Assembly (NCBI GenBank): GCA_038869735.1
Contig: JAWCQO010000004.1
Coordinates: forward strand, 12,455-76,454
Origin: Candidatus Anstonellales archaeon
Lineage (GTDB): Archaea > Micrarchaeota > Micrarchaeia > Anstonellales > CG1-02-47-40
Length of the DNA: 64,000 nt
Reading direction: 5' to 3'
In this document: in pieces, positions 37,012-46,673 of the stretch
How the letters are laid out: each line of letters begins with the position of its first letter
Numbering within the stretch: the first letter of the stretch is position 1
Notes under the pieces: model-generated
Databases searched by the model: none
What the model was told of the DNA's origin: nothing
Seen by the model: the letters and a program-made list of their open reading frames with translations, nothing else
Made by a program: the position numbers and the translations under genes

Positions 37012-37533
37012 TCATTCCAAAAAAGTAAAGACTTCGTCTAATACCTTTTTTGGCGGAACTTCCGGTTTTTCCGCAGGGTAGCCCACTGGCACAATAGTTA
37101 TTGGACGAAGATGAGGAGGAATACTCAAAACCTCACGAACCTCTTCCTCATCAAATGCTCCAACCCAAACGGTCCCAAGACCAAGAGAGTAAGCTCTTAT
37201 ATGAAGATTCTCCACAGATGCTGCAACATCCATTATAGAATATAGTTCTACTCCTCTTTTTCCGTATTTTTTCTCTATCCGCCTGTCAGCGCATGCAACG
37301 ACGATAAGAGGGGCAGATGATATAAACTCCTCCTGCATTTCCCCACAGCATAAAGCAATTTTTTTTCTTAGGGCTTCATTCGTGACAAAATAAAAATTCC
37401 GGCTTTCCAGATTACCGCTTGAAGGTGCAAATCTCATTGCATCTACAAGTTCATCTATTATCTTCCTATCTATTTTTTTATTCAAATATGCTCTTATGGA
37501 CCGCCTTCCCAAAATTGCTTCTTTTACATCCAT
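37012..37533 (-). CDS. Nitroreductase-family flavoprotein
   Basis: AILGRRSIRAY...APSSGNLESRNFYFV...VWVGAFDE: the nitroreductase FMN-binding fold. Start chosen at the internal Met MDVKE; the ORF-track start at 37605 adds a non-conserved hydrophobic extension. Confidence 0.7.
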   Translation of the reverse strand: MDVKEAILGRRSIRAYLNKKIDRKIIDELVDAMRFAPSSGNLESRNFYFVTNEALRKKIALCCGEMQEEFISSAPLIVVACADRRIEKKYGKRGVELYSIMDVAASVENLHIRAYSLGLGTVWVGAFDEEEVREVLSIPPHLRPITIVPVGYPAEKPEVPPKKVLDEVFTFLE

Positions 37534-37670
37534 ATCCCTTTCCCTCTCGGAGTCATCTCTGTTTAAGATTAGCATATTTAAAGCTAAGTAAAAATAAAAA
37601 ATCATAACAGAAAAAAGAACTTTTCATAACGCTTTAAAATAAATTCTCAACATAATCCACCCTATAGCTT

Positions 37671-37742
37671 GCCCCGGTAGCTCAGTGGTAGAGCGGCTGG
37701 CTGTTAACCAGTAGGCCGCAAGTTCGAGTCTTGCCCGGGGCG
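37671..37742 (+). tRNA. tRNA-Asn (anticodon GTT)
   Basis: Acceptor GCCCCGG/CCGGGGC. D arm GCUC-AGUGGUA-GAGC. Anticodon loop CUGUUAA. T arm GCAAG-UUCGAGU-CUUGC. Discriminator G. Confidence 0.85.
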
Positions 37743-38039
37743 CTTGCAATCTGAAATTTTATCATCATCAGCAGCTTCTGGTAGCTGGCTTGTAACATCC
37801 TATAATCAGGCATTCAAAATGAATATCAAATAACAATCAAGATACAGATAGATAGTTAAATCATTACTGAAAGTTTCCTACAAAAAGAGCGGTTAGGTTG
37901 AAAGCAAATCGCAAAAGGTGATTACAACCCTATGATGAGAGTCCCATGAGAATCGAATATAATCTATTCATTTTTTTAGATTCAAAAGAGGCCCAACGCT
38001 CGCTCTTCTTAAGCTCCTTATATAGGCCGTATACACCAT

Positions 38040-38732
38040 TCATTTCTTACCTATAACATTTCCACCAACTTTGTTGTTTTTTTTCTTGTCTAGAGAAGGA
38101 GGCTTTCCTTTTGAAGCTAATCTGATGGAAATGGCCAATCCAAGCGACAATACGGCTATGAATAACAACGCCAAGCTCAATACAATCAAAAATAAAAGAA
38201 CCTCATAAAGAAAACCAAACGATTCTATCTCATTCAAAACAACCAATATAAGATCAGATAATAAACCAAAATGATTTGCTTGTTCACCTTTATTTTCGCA
38301 TTCTGGTTGATAGTACAGTCCAATTCCGATTATAATAATTGTTGATGTAGCAATACTTGTTGTTATCCCTAAAATTATATAATATCGCAGAGTCTCAAGA
38401 TAATGATATTCCTCCTCACCTAATGGTTCGCTTTCGGTATCGAGTATCTTCAGGCTTGCCTCCACAAGCAGACAGGAGACGAGTATTACCAAACCTGTGC
38501 ATATAATTAGAATAGAAAAAAAGATATACCGATTATACTGATCTGTACCAAATACACCAAACATGTTAGTATATAAGAATAACTCTAATATTACAACAAT
38601 CAATAGTGTAAGATATATTAGTTTATCTCTTTTTTTTATGTTTCCTATAAAAGAATCAAAGCATTTAAAAATTGAATTTAATCTCTGAGATTCCATAGTT
38701 ATTCTCTTTATACCGCATATATCTAAAATCAC
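38040..38732 (-). CDS. Hypothetical polytopic membrane protein
   Basis: 230 aa, at least 5 hydrophobic helices, basic C-terminus. No recognisable motif. Confidence 0.35.
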   Translation of the reverse strand: MILDICGIKRITMESQRLNSIFKCFDSFIGNIKKRDKLIYLTLLIVVILELFLYTNMFGVFGTDQYNRYIFFSILIICTGLVILVSCLLVEASLKILDTESEPLGEEEYHYLETLRYYIILGITTSIATSTIIIIGIGLYYQPECENKGEQANHFGLLSDLILVVLNEIESFGFLYEVLLFLIVLSLALLFIAVLSLGLAISIRLASKGKPPSLDKKKNNKVGGNVIGKK

Positions 38733-39254
38733 TTTGGGGATATAGTACCTTTTAAATATTACCTCTAATCGAACTTTAAGTAAACATTTGAAATTTTGAA
38801 CAGAACATCAACTCTTTTTAACCATCGGTTTGTCACCATTTAACAATTATAACTTCGTTTGTGCACAGCTTTAAAAATCATAAGAATTATTTTTTCTGTG
38901 TCGCTAATTTTCCAGCCAACTTCTAATCTTTCTAGTCTATGGTGCTTTTTCTCAATAACCTTAATTTATTTCCTAATAGCGCTTCTAATAGGATCTCTAA
39001 CAGAGGGACTTCAAACAGAGAATATTATGCTTCGCTGTGAGTTTCATCTCTAATGTATATGAATCAAAAACGCTTGCATAGAAGCTGACTCTACCAAACT
39101 AAGAAAGCCCCACCCAAAAAGTCAAATTGCCGCTTCTCTAGGATATCGACAATATTCACTTTAACTATATTACTTCACAACTAACTAAAGAAAACGAAAT
39201 TTCAGTGCCAAAACCCTTTCAGCCAGCCTTCCGTCCATCCTTATCATTTAGAAC

Positions 39255-40238
39255 TTATTTCCGCTTAAGCTCTTCCTTGACGGTTCTGACGATGTTTTCA
39301 AAGCAGAGTCCAAAGTGTTTTAACAGCTCCAGTCCTCTTCCTGTCTCTCCAAATTCCATCCTCATCCCTATTCTTTTAACTCTTACAGGCTGAATTTCAG
39401 AGGCCACTTCGCATATGGCGCTTCCAAGTCCTCCCTTTATTTGGTGTTCTTCAACAGTAACAAATAGAGAACATTTTTTTGCATATTTTTCTATGCAGCT
39501 TTGGTCGATTTCAACCAAATCATATACATTGAGAACAGCTGCGCTTATACCTTCTCTCTCAAGAATATCTGCGGCTAGTAGACTTTCATGTACCATTGAA
39601 CCGCACGCAAAAATAGTAACATCATCCCCATCCTTGTAAACCGAAATCTTTCCAGGTTCAAATGGGGTTTTTTCTGTTGTAAAAACAGGCATTTTCTCCC
39701 GCCCGCATCTTATATATACAGGACCTTCAATTTTTGCGGCTTCAAAGACAGCTTTTTTAGTTTGCTCGTAATCACAAGGGACAAATATCCTCATTTTTGG
39801 CAGGCTCCGCATAATGGCAATGTCCTCTAGCGCTTGGTGAGTCGCACCATCCTCCCCAACCGTTACTCCCGTATGTGATGAGACTATTTTTACGTTTGCC
39901 TCACCATAACAGATAGCAGTTCTAATCTGCTCCCAATTTCTTCCAGGGGAGAATATGCCAAAAGAAGTCATAAACGGTATTTTTCCCTCATATGCAAGTC
40001 CGCTAGAGACACATGCCATATTTTGTTCCGCAACTCCACACTGAAAAAATCTTTCAGGATACTTTTTTGCAAAATAGTGGGCCCTCACAGATTCTGCCAA
40101 ATCAGCAGTAAGCACAACAACATTCTTATTTATATTACCAAGTTCAAGGAGAGCCTTCCCAAAACCCTCACGTGTTGATTCGTGGATTAAGTCGGGTGAA
40201 AGCGGATCGAGGAGGTGCATTCCTTGGTTTAACTCCAT
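39255..40238 (-). CDS. tktB: Transketolase, C-terminal (pyrimidine-binding) subunit
   Basis: Split archaeal transketolase: GFGKALLELG, FFQCGVAEQNM, EDGATHQALEDIAIMRSLP. Start set at MELNQG (40238), 7 nt after the N-subunit stop with AGAG between. The ORF-track N-terminal extension overlaps the upstream gene and is rejected. Confidence 0.85.
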   Translation of the reverse strand: MELNQGMHLLDPLSPDLIHESTREGFGKALLELGNINKNVVVLTADLAESVRAHYFAKKYPERFFQCGVAEQNMACVSSGLAYEGKIPFMTSFGIFSPGRNWEQIRTAICYGEANVKIVSSHTGVTVGEDGATHQALEDIAIMRSLPKMRIFVPCDYEQTKKAVFEAAKIEGPVYIRCGREKMPVFTTEKTPFEPGKISVYKDGDDVTIFACGSMVHESLLAADILEREGISAAVLNVYDLVEIDQSCIEKYAKKCSLFVTVEEHQIKGGLGSAICEVASEIQPVRVKRIGMRMEFGETGRGLELLKHFGLCFENIVRTVKEELKRK

Positions 40239-40245
40239 CTCTAAT

Positions 40246-41103
40246 CTACTCCATCTCAATTCTTCTTCTTTCCGCTTCCAGTTCTGCGATGGCTCTTTTT
40301 GTCTCGTCCTCCTTTGGCGGAGTGCCGTGCCATCTATGATTTCTCTCCATAAAGGATACCCCCTTTCCTGGAACCGTTCTTGCAATTATCATCGTGGGTT
40401 TTCCTCCCGTCTTTTTTGCGTTGGCAAGAGCATCCTTTATCTCTACAATGTTGTTCCCATCAATCGAAATTACGTTCCAATTGAATGCTCTATACTTCTC
40501 TTCAATTGGCTCAAGAGGCATTATCTCTTCAGTGTTGCCATCTATTTGTATGTAGTTTCTATCCATTATAACCGTTAGGTTATCTAGTCCATATTTTGCT
40601 GCAAACAGCACAGCCTCCCATGTGCTTCCTTCCTGATGTTCACCATCAGATGTTATGCAATAAACTCTCGCATTCCTCCCATCCAGCCTCATCGCAAGTG
40701 CAATTCCACATGAGACCCCAAGTCCCTCTCCCAAAGGGCCTGAGGAGTTCTCTATGAATGCAAGATACTTTCTTGAAGGGTGGCCTTGTAGTGGCGAGCC
40801 AAGTTGCCTAAACCTATCAAGTTCATTTATAGGAAAATATCCTGCATGTGCCATTGCAGAATAGTAAGCCGCGCAGACATGACCATTCGACAATACAAAT
40901 CTATCCCTCTCCTCCCACCGAGGGTTTTTGACGTCGAAATTCATTTCTGAAAAGAATAGGACAGAAAATATTTCTGCAAGCCCCAACGCTCCAGCTACAT
41001 GTCCAGATTTAGCCATCCCTACCATCTTGACTACATCTTGTCTTATTGTATTGGCAATCAGTTTAAGCTCTTTGTCAGAATCAACCCGTTGCCTCCTAAC
41101 CAT
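40246..41103 (-). CDS. tktA: Transketolase, N-terminal (TPP-binding) subunit
   Basis: GHVAGALGLAEIFSVLFF, SNGHVCAAYYSAMAHAGY, GPLGEGLGVSCGIALA, ITSDGEHQEGSTWEA: the TPP-binding motifs. Confidence 0.85.
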   Translation of the reverse strand: MVRRQRVDSDKELKLIANTIRQDVVKMVGMAKSGHVAGALGLAEIFSVLFFSEMNFDVKNPRWEERDRFVLSNGHVCAAYYSAMAHAGYFPINELDRFRQLGSPLQGHPSRKYLAFIENSSGPLGEGLGVSCGIALAMRLDGRNARVYCITSDGEHQEGSTWEAVLFAAKYGLDNLTVIMDRNYIQIDGNTEEIMPLEPIEEKYRAFNWNVISIDGNNIVEIKDALANAKKTGGKPTMIIARTVPGKGVSFMERNHRWHGTPPKEDETKRAIAELEAERRRIEME

Positions 41104-41131
41104 GCCCCTCTCCTCGTCTCGTTATAGATTC

Positions 41132-41764
41132 TTATAAATGGCTTAAACTTTCAATTGCCTTTCTAATATTTTGACTTTCAAAGATTGCACTTGCAACGGC
41201 AAGTGCATTTGCACCTGCTCTTATTGCGCCCGGAGCAGTCTTTTCATTTACACCGCCATCCACTTCAATTCTTATACCTGGATTCCACCATCTTATTTTT
41301 CTGATTTTGGCTTCGACTGCCTTTATGTATTTTTGCCCCGAAAAGCCTGGGTAAACTGTCATCACAAGGACAGTATCAATTACGCTGTAGTCTACCAAAT
41401 CCTTGATTCTCTCTGCTGGAGTATCTGGGGAGATGGCAATCCCAACCCCCGAGCCCATTGCTCTTATTTTATGTGCCAACTTGCCTGACTGTTCTCCGCA
41501 GGATTCGTAATGAAATATGTAAGTTGCGTGCTTTTTTCCTATTCTTTTTATGTAACCCTCAGGATCCTTTACCATCAAGTGGTATTCTACCTCGGAGCCG
41601 GGAGGTGTTGGAGGCAATTCTTCCGGCTGAAGTGTTTTATTTGGCACGAATTCTCCGTCCATCAAATCAACTTGAACACGATTTACAAGCCCAGCAACTT
41701 CTCTTGCCTTTCTTTCGAAATCTTCTTGTGTTTTGGAAAGAATAGCAGGAACTATTTCAACCAT
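41132..41764 (-). CDS. rpe: Ribulose-phosphate 3-epimerase
   Basis: VQVDLMDGEFVPN, HLMV, IEVDGGVN: the RPE TIM-barrel metal-binding motifs. Forms a non-oxidative pentose-phosphate cluster with the transketolase genes. Confidence 0.85.
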   Translation of the reverse strand: MVEIVPAILSKTQEDFERKAREVAGLVNRVQVDLMDGEFVPNKTLQPEELPPTPPGSEVEYHLMVKDPEGYIKRIGKKHATYIFHYESCGEQSGKLAHKIRAMGSGVGIAISPDTPAERIKDLVDYSVIDTVLVMTVYPGFSGQKYIKAVEAKIRKIRWWNPGIRIEVDGGVNEKTAPGAIRAGANALAVASAIFESQNIRKAIESLSHL

Positions 41765-41890
41765 AATCCCTCCCCTAATTCTTGATACATTTAATATTTA
41801 AAACATCCGCATTCGACTTAAAAATCTACTCGTTATTGCGACAGAGAGAAGCATCAAAACAATTATAAAGAAAACTAACAAAATTCATAT

Positions 41891-42442
41891 GTGCCCATTT
41901 ATACTAAGGGAGGCGATGGGGGTAAAACGCGCCTATTATCCGGCGAGCTAGTTCAAAAGTTTAACCCCAGAATAGAAGCCTATGGCTCTGTAGATGAGCT
42001 AAGCTCATTCATAGGTGTTGCAAGAAGCATAAATAAGGATAAGTACCTTGACGCTCTTCTCAAAAGGATTCAATCAGACCTCTTTATTGTTTGTTCAGAG
42101 CTTGCAAGTACAAAGGAGATTTTAAGTAAAGAGCCAAACAAACGTATTAAAATCGAGGCTTCTCACATACACGAAATTGAGAAGGAAATAGATAAATTAG
42201 AAGCAGAGCTTCCGCGGATTTCAAGTTTTTTGTATCCCAGCGGAACAACTTTGGCAGCCATTTTTCACGTTTCTAGATCGGTTTGCCGAAGGTCAGAAAG
42301 AAGTGTTTGTAATCTAATGGAAAAGGAACCTCTAAACATGAACGTCCAAATATACTTAAACCGCTTATCCGACCTTCTTTTCTTGCTTGCAAGAAAATCA
42401 AACAAAGATAGAGGAGAAGATGAGGAACTATGGAAGATATAG
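41891..42442 (+). CDS. ATP:cob(I)alamin adenosyltransferase, PduO/MMAB type
   Basis: GTG start. N-terminal IYTKGGDGGKT matches the conserved PduO-type IYTRTGDKGET box. Helical bundle of 183 aa. Confidence 0.7.
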   Translation: MPIYTKGGDGGKTRLLSGELVQKFNPRIEAYGSVDELSSFIGVARSINKDKYLDALLKRIQSDLFIVCSELASTKEILSKEPNKRIKIEASHIHEIEKEIDKLEAELPRISSFLYPSGTTLAAIFHVSRSVCRRSERSVCNLMEKEPLNMNVQIYLNRLSDLLFLLARKSNKDRGEDEELWKI

Positions 42443-42489
42443 GTTCCAATAATATAAGTTTCAATAAGCCGTTAAACGGTTAACTGCTG

Positions 42490-42858
42490 TTGGTGTTGTT
42501 CGTGATTATAAAAAGTCAACTAAAAGAAAACGTTCAAAACTCTTATGACCTTGACCCCCGCGCCTCGCAAGAAGCTCTCCAGTCGCTGTATAGGTGTTAT
42601 CCCAATTTAAATCGCATCTTTATCCGTTCAGTCTTTCATAAACATCTGCTTAATCTTGATAAGAGCTCGCGGATAAAGAAGTACCTTCATATTTTTGCAA
42701 AAAAATTAGCTGACGAGGAGATCAAAGTCAAATCTGAAAATGAAAAAAATGATTATGGTAATTCAACAAATGATAACTCAGCAAATGAGGATAAAAAGGA
42801 GGAGGTATCCAAAATTAATCCAGCTTATACTGCCTCATCAAAACTCCTGCCTGTTTGA
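42490..42858 (+). CDS. Hypothetical protein (low confidence)
   Basis: 122-aa ORF with a low-complexity Asn/Lys-rich C-terminus. Overlaps the convergent downstream gene by 44 nt. Confidence 0.25.
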   Translation: MVLFVIIKSQLKENVQNSYDLDPRASQEALQSLYRCYPNLNRIFIRSVFHKHLLNLDKSSRIKKYLHIFAKKLADEEIKVKSENEKNDYGNSTNDNSANEDKKEEVSKINPAYTASSKLLPV

Positions 42859-43828
42859 ATAACTCGGAGGTTTCATTTGTCATTGGGTAATCTGCATTAT
42901 AAACTACCTCTCTAATCCCAGAGTTTATAATCATTCTTGCACACATGAGACATGGAGAGTAAGTTACGTAGATGGTTGAGCGAGCAACAGAAATTCCGTG
43001 ATATGCTGCCTGAGAAATCGCGTTTTCTTCTGCATGGGCGCAAACACATTCTGAGAGATTCTTACCGCTCTCTTCAAAAGAGTTGCACCTCTTGCATCCG
43101 CCCTCGTTACAGTTTATACATCCGCGCGGCGTCCCATTATACCCGGTAGAAATAATGCGTTTGTCCTTTACTATAACTGCTGCAACTTTTCGCTTTATAC
43201 AATTACTTCGAGAAGCGACTATTTTTGCTATGCTCATAAAATATTCGTCCCAGGAAGGTCTGTCAGGAACAAAATCCTTTGAAAGAGTTGCTAAGAGTCC
43301 ATCTATCAACATATAAAGATTTTTAAAATCAAGTTCGTTTTCGATCTTTTTGTCAGCCATCTGATAGGTAGCATGGGTATTCTGTTTTGTTTTTTCTTCA
43401 TTCTTTGCTTCTTCTTCCTCGATTTTCAAAAAAGCGTCAAAGGTATTTGGATCACCCTCCCTACCCCTTTTTCTCATCCTTTCAAACCTAACACGTTGAC
43501 TTGCAGTAACATATACTAATACAAAATCCTTTCTTTTTCTAAAAACCTCCACTTCTGCCGGATTTCTAAACGAATCTACCACAAAGTTTTTGTCAGGGTT
43601 GAGTTCTATTTTTTGCATAATCCTCTCTGCAAGTATCCCCGGACCATACTTATCTCGCAATTCATTTCCGCGTTTAATCAAGTTTTCTCTCGTAATACTC
43701 ATTCCGTTTTTTGCTAAATCCTCCCGAATGGCGTCTGACAAAGAGTAATAATAAAAGCTCCTTTTCGTGAGATATTCTGCAACAGTTCCTTTTCCTGCAC
43801 AATTTTCTCCTGTTAATCCTATAATCAT
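42815..43828 (-). CDS. Two-domain fusion: P-loop (d)NMP-kinase-like domain plus dCMP deaminase (ComEB/CDA family)
   Basis: N-terminal GLTGENCAGKGT Walker A with the NMP-kinase-like fold. C-terminal WDEYFM...HAEENAI...SPCLMCA zinc-deaminase signature. Continuous 337-aa frame. Confidence 0.7.
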   Translation of the reverse strand: MIIGLTGENCAGKGTVAEYLTKRSFYYYSLSDAIREDLAKNGMSITRENLIKRGNELRDKYGPGILAERIMQKIELNPDKNFVVDSFRNPAEVEVFRKRKDFVLVYVTASQRVRFERMRKRGREGDPNTFDAFLKIEEEEAKNEEKTKQNTHATYQMADKKIENELDFKNLYMLIDGLLATLSKDFVPDRPSWDEYFMSIAKIVASRSNCIKRKVAAVIVKDKRIISTGYNGTPRGCINCNEGGCKRCNSFEESGKNLSECVCAHAEENAISQAAYHGISVARSTIYVTYSPCLMCARMIINSGIREVVYNADYPMTNETSELFKQAGVLMRQYKLD

Positions 43829-43960
43829 AAAGCCGCCTCCATTCGCCTCCCAAACACAATCTTTACATGCAATTCATTAAAAAGCTTCTTAGCCCACTTC
43901 CCTTTTCCCCATTTACCCACCAAAAATCATTTAAACTTAGTTCGTTTAAATATAACAATA

Positions 43961-44890
43961 ATGATTACCACCAACGATGAAGTGACCGTGCAACAATTCA
44001 AAGACAAAGTAGCTAACCTAATTTTTTCTGGAAAGAACATTGATTTAGATGCTTTATCCATATCCAACATCCAAAGATATTTAAGAAAAACAACCACCAG
44101 ATTTCGAATTGTTAGTGCACACCTCAGACGACTTGAGGGTAGACATACCCCCTATGGTAGAAGAAAGAGGTCAGAACTTGCTTTAGAGTTAAAAGCCTTA
44201 GATGAGTTGCGCTCTCTTTTTGTTTCAAAACTACAATTAAAGAGAGAGCTATCAAAAAAACCACCTCTTTTGGATGAAACGCCAGAGCAACAAGTACATG
44301 CAAAAAAACCGAAAACCAAACCCAAATTATCAGCCAACTTTAAAAACGGAGAAAGCGTGAGCTTTGCTTCTAGTCAACGCAACGAAAGTACAGGCGGCAA
44401 TAAAACACAGAGTATCGCAAGTAAAGATAAAGAAAATACAGCTCTTTCGCCCATCGTAAAAAAAAATCGATTAAACGCCTACAAAAAGATTAAACGCCTA
44501 CAAAAAGAGCTTTTTGAAGTACGGAGAGCAATATCCTCATTGGGAGAATCTAATTCTAACCAAAATTCACCTATTCTTCACGATCTGTTAGCAAGAGAAA
44601 AAATATTGGAAATCCTAATAACTGAGATAATATTCAATTCTCAATTGAAAGGGGGAACTATAAACTCAACATTAACTATTGAAGATAAAAGAAGACGAAT
44701 TATTCAACTTGAAACGAATTTGAATATCGCAAAAAAGAGGATAGCGGAGCTAACAGATAAAGATAATCTTAACCCCGATGATCAGTATCTGTTATCATTC
44801 TTCAAACGTGAGGTCCAAAGAATAGAAAAATTACTATCATATACCTGGTCATTAAAACCTGTTGATAATCAATATCTAAAACAATATTAG
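43961..44890 (+). CDS. Hypothetical Lys-rich coiled-coil protein
   Basis: 309 aa, strongly basic, heptad-like segments. Contains a tandem 19-bp repeat at 44470-44507. Confidence 0.45.
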   Translation: MITTNDEVTVQQFKDKVANLIFSGKNIDLDALSISNIQRYLRKTTTRFRIVSAHLRRLEGRHTPYGRRKRSELALELKALDELRSLFVSKLQLKRELSKKPPLLDETPEQQVHAKKPKTKPKLSANFKNGESVSFASSQRNESTGGNKTQSIASKDKENTALSPIVKKNRLNAYKKIKRLQKELFEVRRAISSLGESNSNQNSPILHDLLAREKILEILITEIIFNSQLKGGTINSTLTIEDKRRRIIQLETNLNIAKKRIAELTDKDNLNPDDQYLLSFFKREVQRIEKLLSYTWSLKPVDNQYLKQY

Positions 44891-44906
44891 AATTTTTAAA
44901 AAGTTT

Positions 44907-45515
44907 GTGGAAAATATGAGAAACTTGCTAATTCCAAAAAATAGAGAGAAATTACACATCCTAGTGCGAGAAATAGAAAGCGAAAGGAACATGACACGAC
45001 TAGCTAGATTACTCTCAAAAGAAGAAATTCCAATTTTAGGTGTCCACATCCTCTATCCTGAAACTAATCCTCAGAGTTTCATTGCATCTTTTTCCCGCTA
45101 TCTTGAATATAAAGAAAGGCTGATTTCCTTTGTATCCGCTCTTCCAACAGAAGTTTGGAAAAGGACAATTCTCTTTGTGGAGTCTGAAAGCGGGGCAAAG
45201 GTCACTTCAAACTTTTTTTTCTCGATTCAGGCGCATTCTTATAGTCATAGTACTTATTTTATGTCAACAATAGGTGAGATAGAATCTCCATATGATGATG
45301 AAAAAGCATGGCGCAATCCACAAAAAACACAATTTAATATTATGTATGGAGGATATGACCGCATTCGCAAAGCCCTGAATGATTCTATTATCTTTGTTTT
45401 TGGATGTTACAAAGAGTCCTGCATCAGACGCGTAACAGCCGAGTTAAGAGCAATTGCTATGGAAAAAGGGAGGTATAACCTAAAAATCCCAATAAACTCA
45501 GATTTAATCTTGTAA
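44907..45515 (+). CDS. Hypothetical protein
   Basis: 202-aa ORF, 16 nt downstream of the previous gene. No recognised motif. Confidence 0.4.
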   Translation: MENMRNLLIPKNREKLHILVREIESERNMTRLARLLSKEEIPILGVHILYPETNPQSFIASFSRYLEYKERLISFVSALPTEVWKRTILFVESESGAKVTSNFFFSIQAHSYSHSTYFMSTIGEIESPYDDEKAWRNPQKTQFNIMYGGYDRIRKALNDSIIFVFGCYKESCIRRVTAELRAIAMEKGRYNLKIPINSDLIL

Positions 45516-45686
45516 GGTTTTTGTTCCTTTTGGGCTCATCTAAGGGGCAAAATAATACAACTTTTCAAACTTCACGAGAGAAAAATTTGCGAGTACTTAT
45601 ATTTTTTTAATCTAATTACAACTTTCCTGTTTCACTCCAATCAATTTTATATCTTTATAAAGTAAACCTAATAAATAAATAATTTA

Positions 45687-45853
45687 TTATAAAAGTAAAC
45701 CAAAACTTTTCGTAGCACTGCCTCTCTTCATTTTTGGTTTACTGTTAAAGTGTTGAGTGGTTATCTGTGATGGCAGAAGCGGGCTTCCAATTAAAAGATA
45801 GCTCAAAAAATGAAAAAATGCATCAAACTAACCAGTTTTGGTTTACTTATAAA
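45687..45853. repeat. Three copies of a 13-20-bp element (GTAAACCAAAAC / GTTTTGGTTTAC) in inverted orientation within an AT-rich intergenic region of roughly 800 bp
   Basis: ttataaaagtaaaccaaaactt at 45687-45708. Its near-perfect reverse complement cagttttggtttacttataaaa at 45832-45853. A third inverted copy tttttggtttact at 45731-45743, forming a hairpin with the first. Confidence 0.6.
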
Positions 45854-46333
45854 ATAAAAAAAGATTTAGGTTTATCTAAATAGTAAAATTTTTTATGCTA
45901 TACGAGTCATAGAACGCAGTTTATAGAGCCATATTATGGAGCATTTTAATTTCTGTTGCTTTATCCGATTTTCTTTTAGTTTTTCTAATATTTTTTTAGT
46001 TTTATATGCAAATACAGAGATTCTACGACTACACTTATAGACTAATGTCGAGTTGAAAGTTTACAAATCTCTATCAATTATCTACTTCGAATGGAAGACT
46101 CAAGAATAGATTCTGAAAAACAGCTCCCAGAAAATTGACTTGGAAGCCCTTTTCTCTTTCGAAACAATGATGTTTGATTCTCTATTTGCTGACTTTTCGC
46201 CAAAGCTGGGATTGGAGAACGGGCGTTAACCCACTAGATTAATCTACATTTCTCAAAGACAACCATCCTGTGGATATTAATACACTACCTAGGTGTCTTT
46301 AGCATCTTATTGGTAACTACGTTAAAACCACTT

Positions 46334-46642
46334 TTATGAGCCAACTACTTCAGAAGCTTTAGTTGTACATTTTAGTTGGTTTATATCATAATATTGAAAC
46401 TCGCATTTGCATGTTGGCGTTCCTACGTCGCTTACTGTATCATTTAAGAGCATTGCATAAAGTAAGTCCAAATTACAAACATAAGCTACTGTCTCACACA
46501 TTTCTGCGCAATAAATAAGCGGGTCTGTAGCGTTCTTGCAATTTGAACATAGAAACCCTATTTCTTTGTATGGTTTGGAGCTTGTGCTAATACAGCCACC
46601 AATAAAAAAAAGAAAAACGAATGCGAAAATAATCTTTTTCAT
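46334..46642 (-). CDS. Small Cys-rich secreted lipoprotein-like protein
   Basis: 102 aa. Leader MKKIIFAFVFLFFIGGCIS. 10 Cys in the mature part. Confidence 0.45.
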   Translation of the reverse strand: MKKIIFAFVFLFFIGGCISTSSKPYKEIGFLCSNCKNATDPLIYCAEMCETVAYVCNLDLLYAMLLNDTVSDVGTPTCKCEFQYYDINQLKCTTKASEVVGS

Positions 46643-46673
46643 AACAAATAGATGAAAGGTTAAATAAAAAAGC

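Noticed and set aside
37534-37605. Upstream extension of the nitroreductase ORF (MIFYFYLALNMLILNRDDSERERD)
   Set aside because: It is a hydrophobic, non-conserved extension. The family normally starts near the RSIRAY motif, so the internal Met was chosen.
38733-39254. 520-bp intergenic region considered as an ncRNA locus (RNase P or SRP RNA)
   Set aside because: The region is AT-rich with no conserved helices or motifs that I could fold by eye. It is more likely just a promoter/terminator spacer.
39255-40385. Long N-terminal extension of the transketolase C-subunit ORF
   Set aside because: The extension overlaps the 3' end of the N-subunit gene in another frame and is Arg/Lys-rich junk. An internal Met (MELNQG at 40238), preceded by AGAG and following the tktN stop by 7 nt, gives the canonical subunit start.
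45687-45853. Possible CRISPR array
   Set aside because: There are only three repeat copies. They are in mixed orientation with irregular spacing (43 and about 100 nt), and no cas genes are present.
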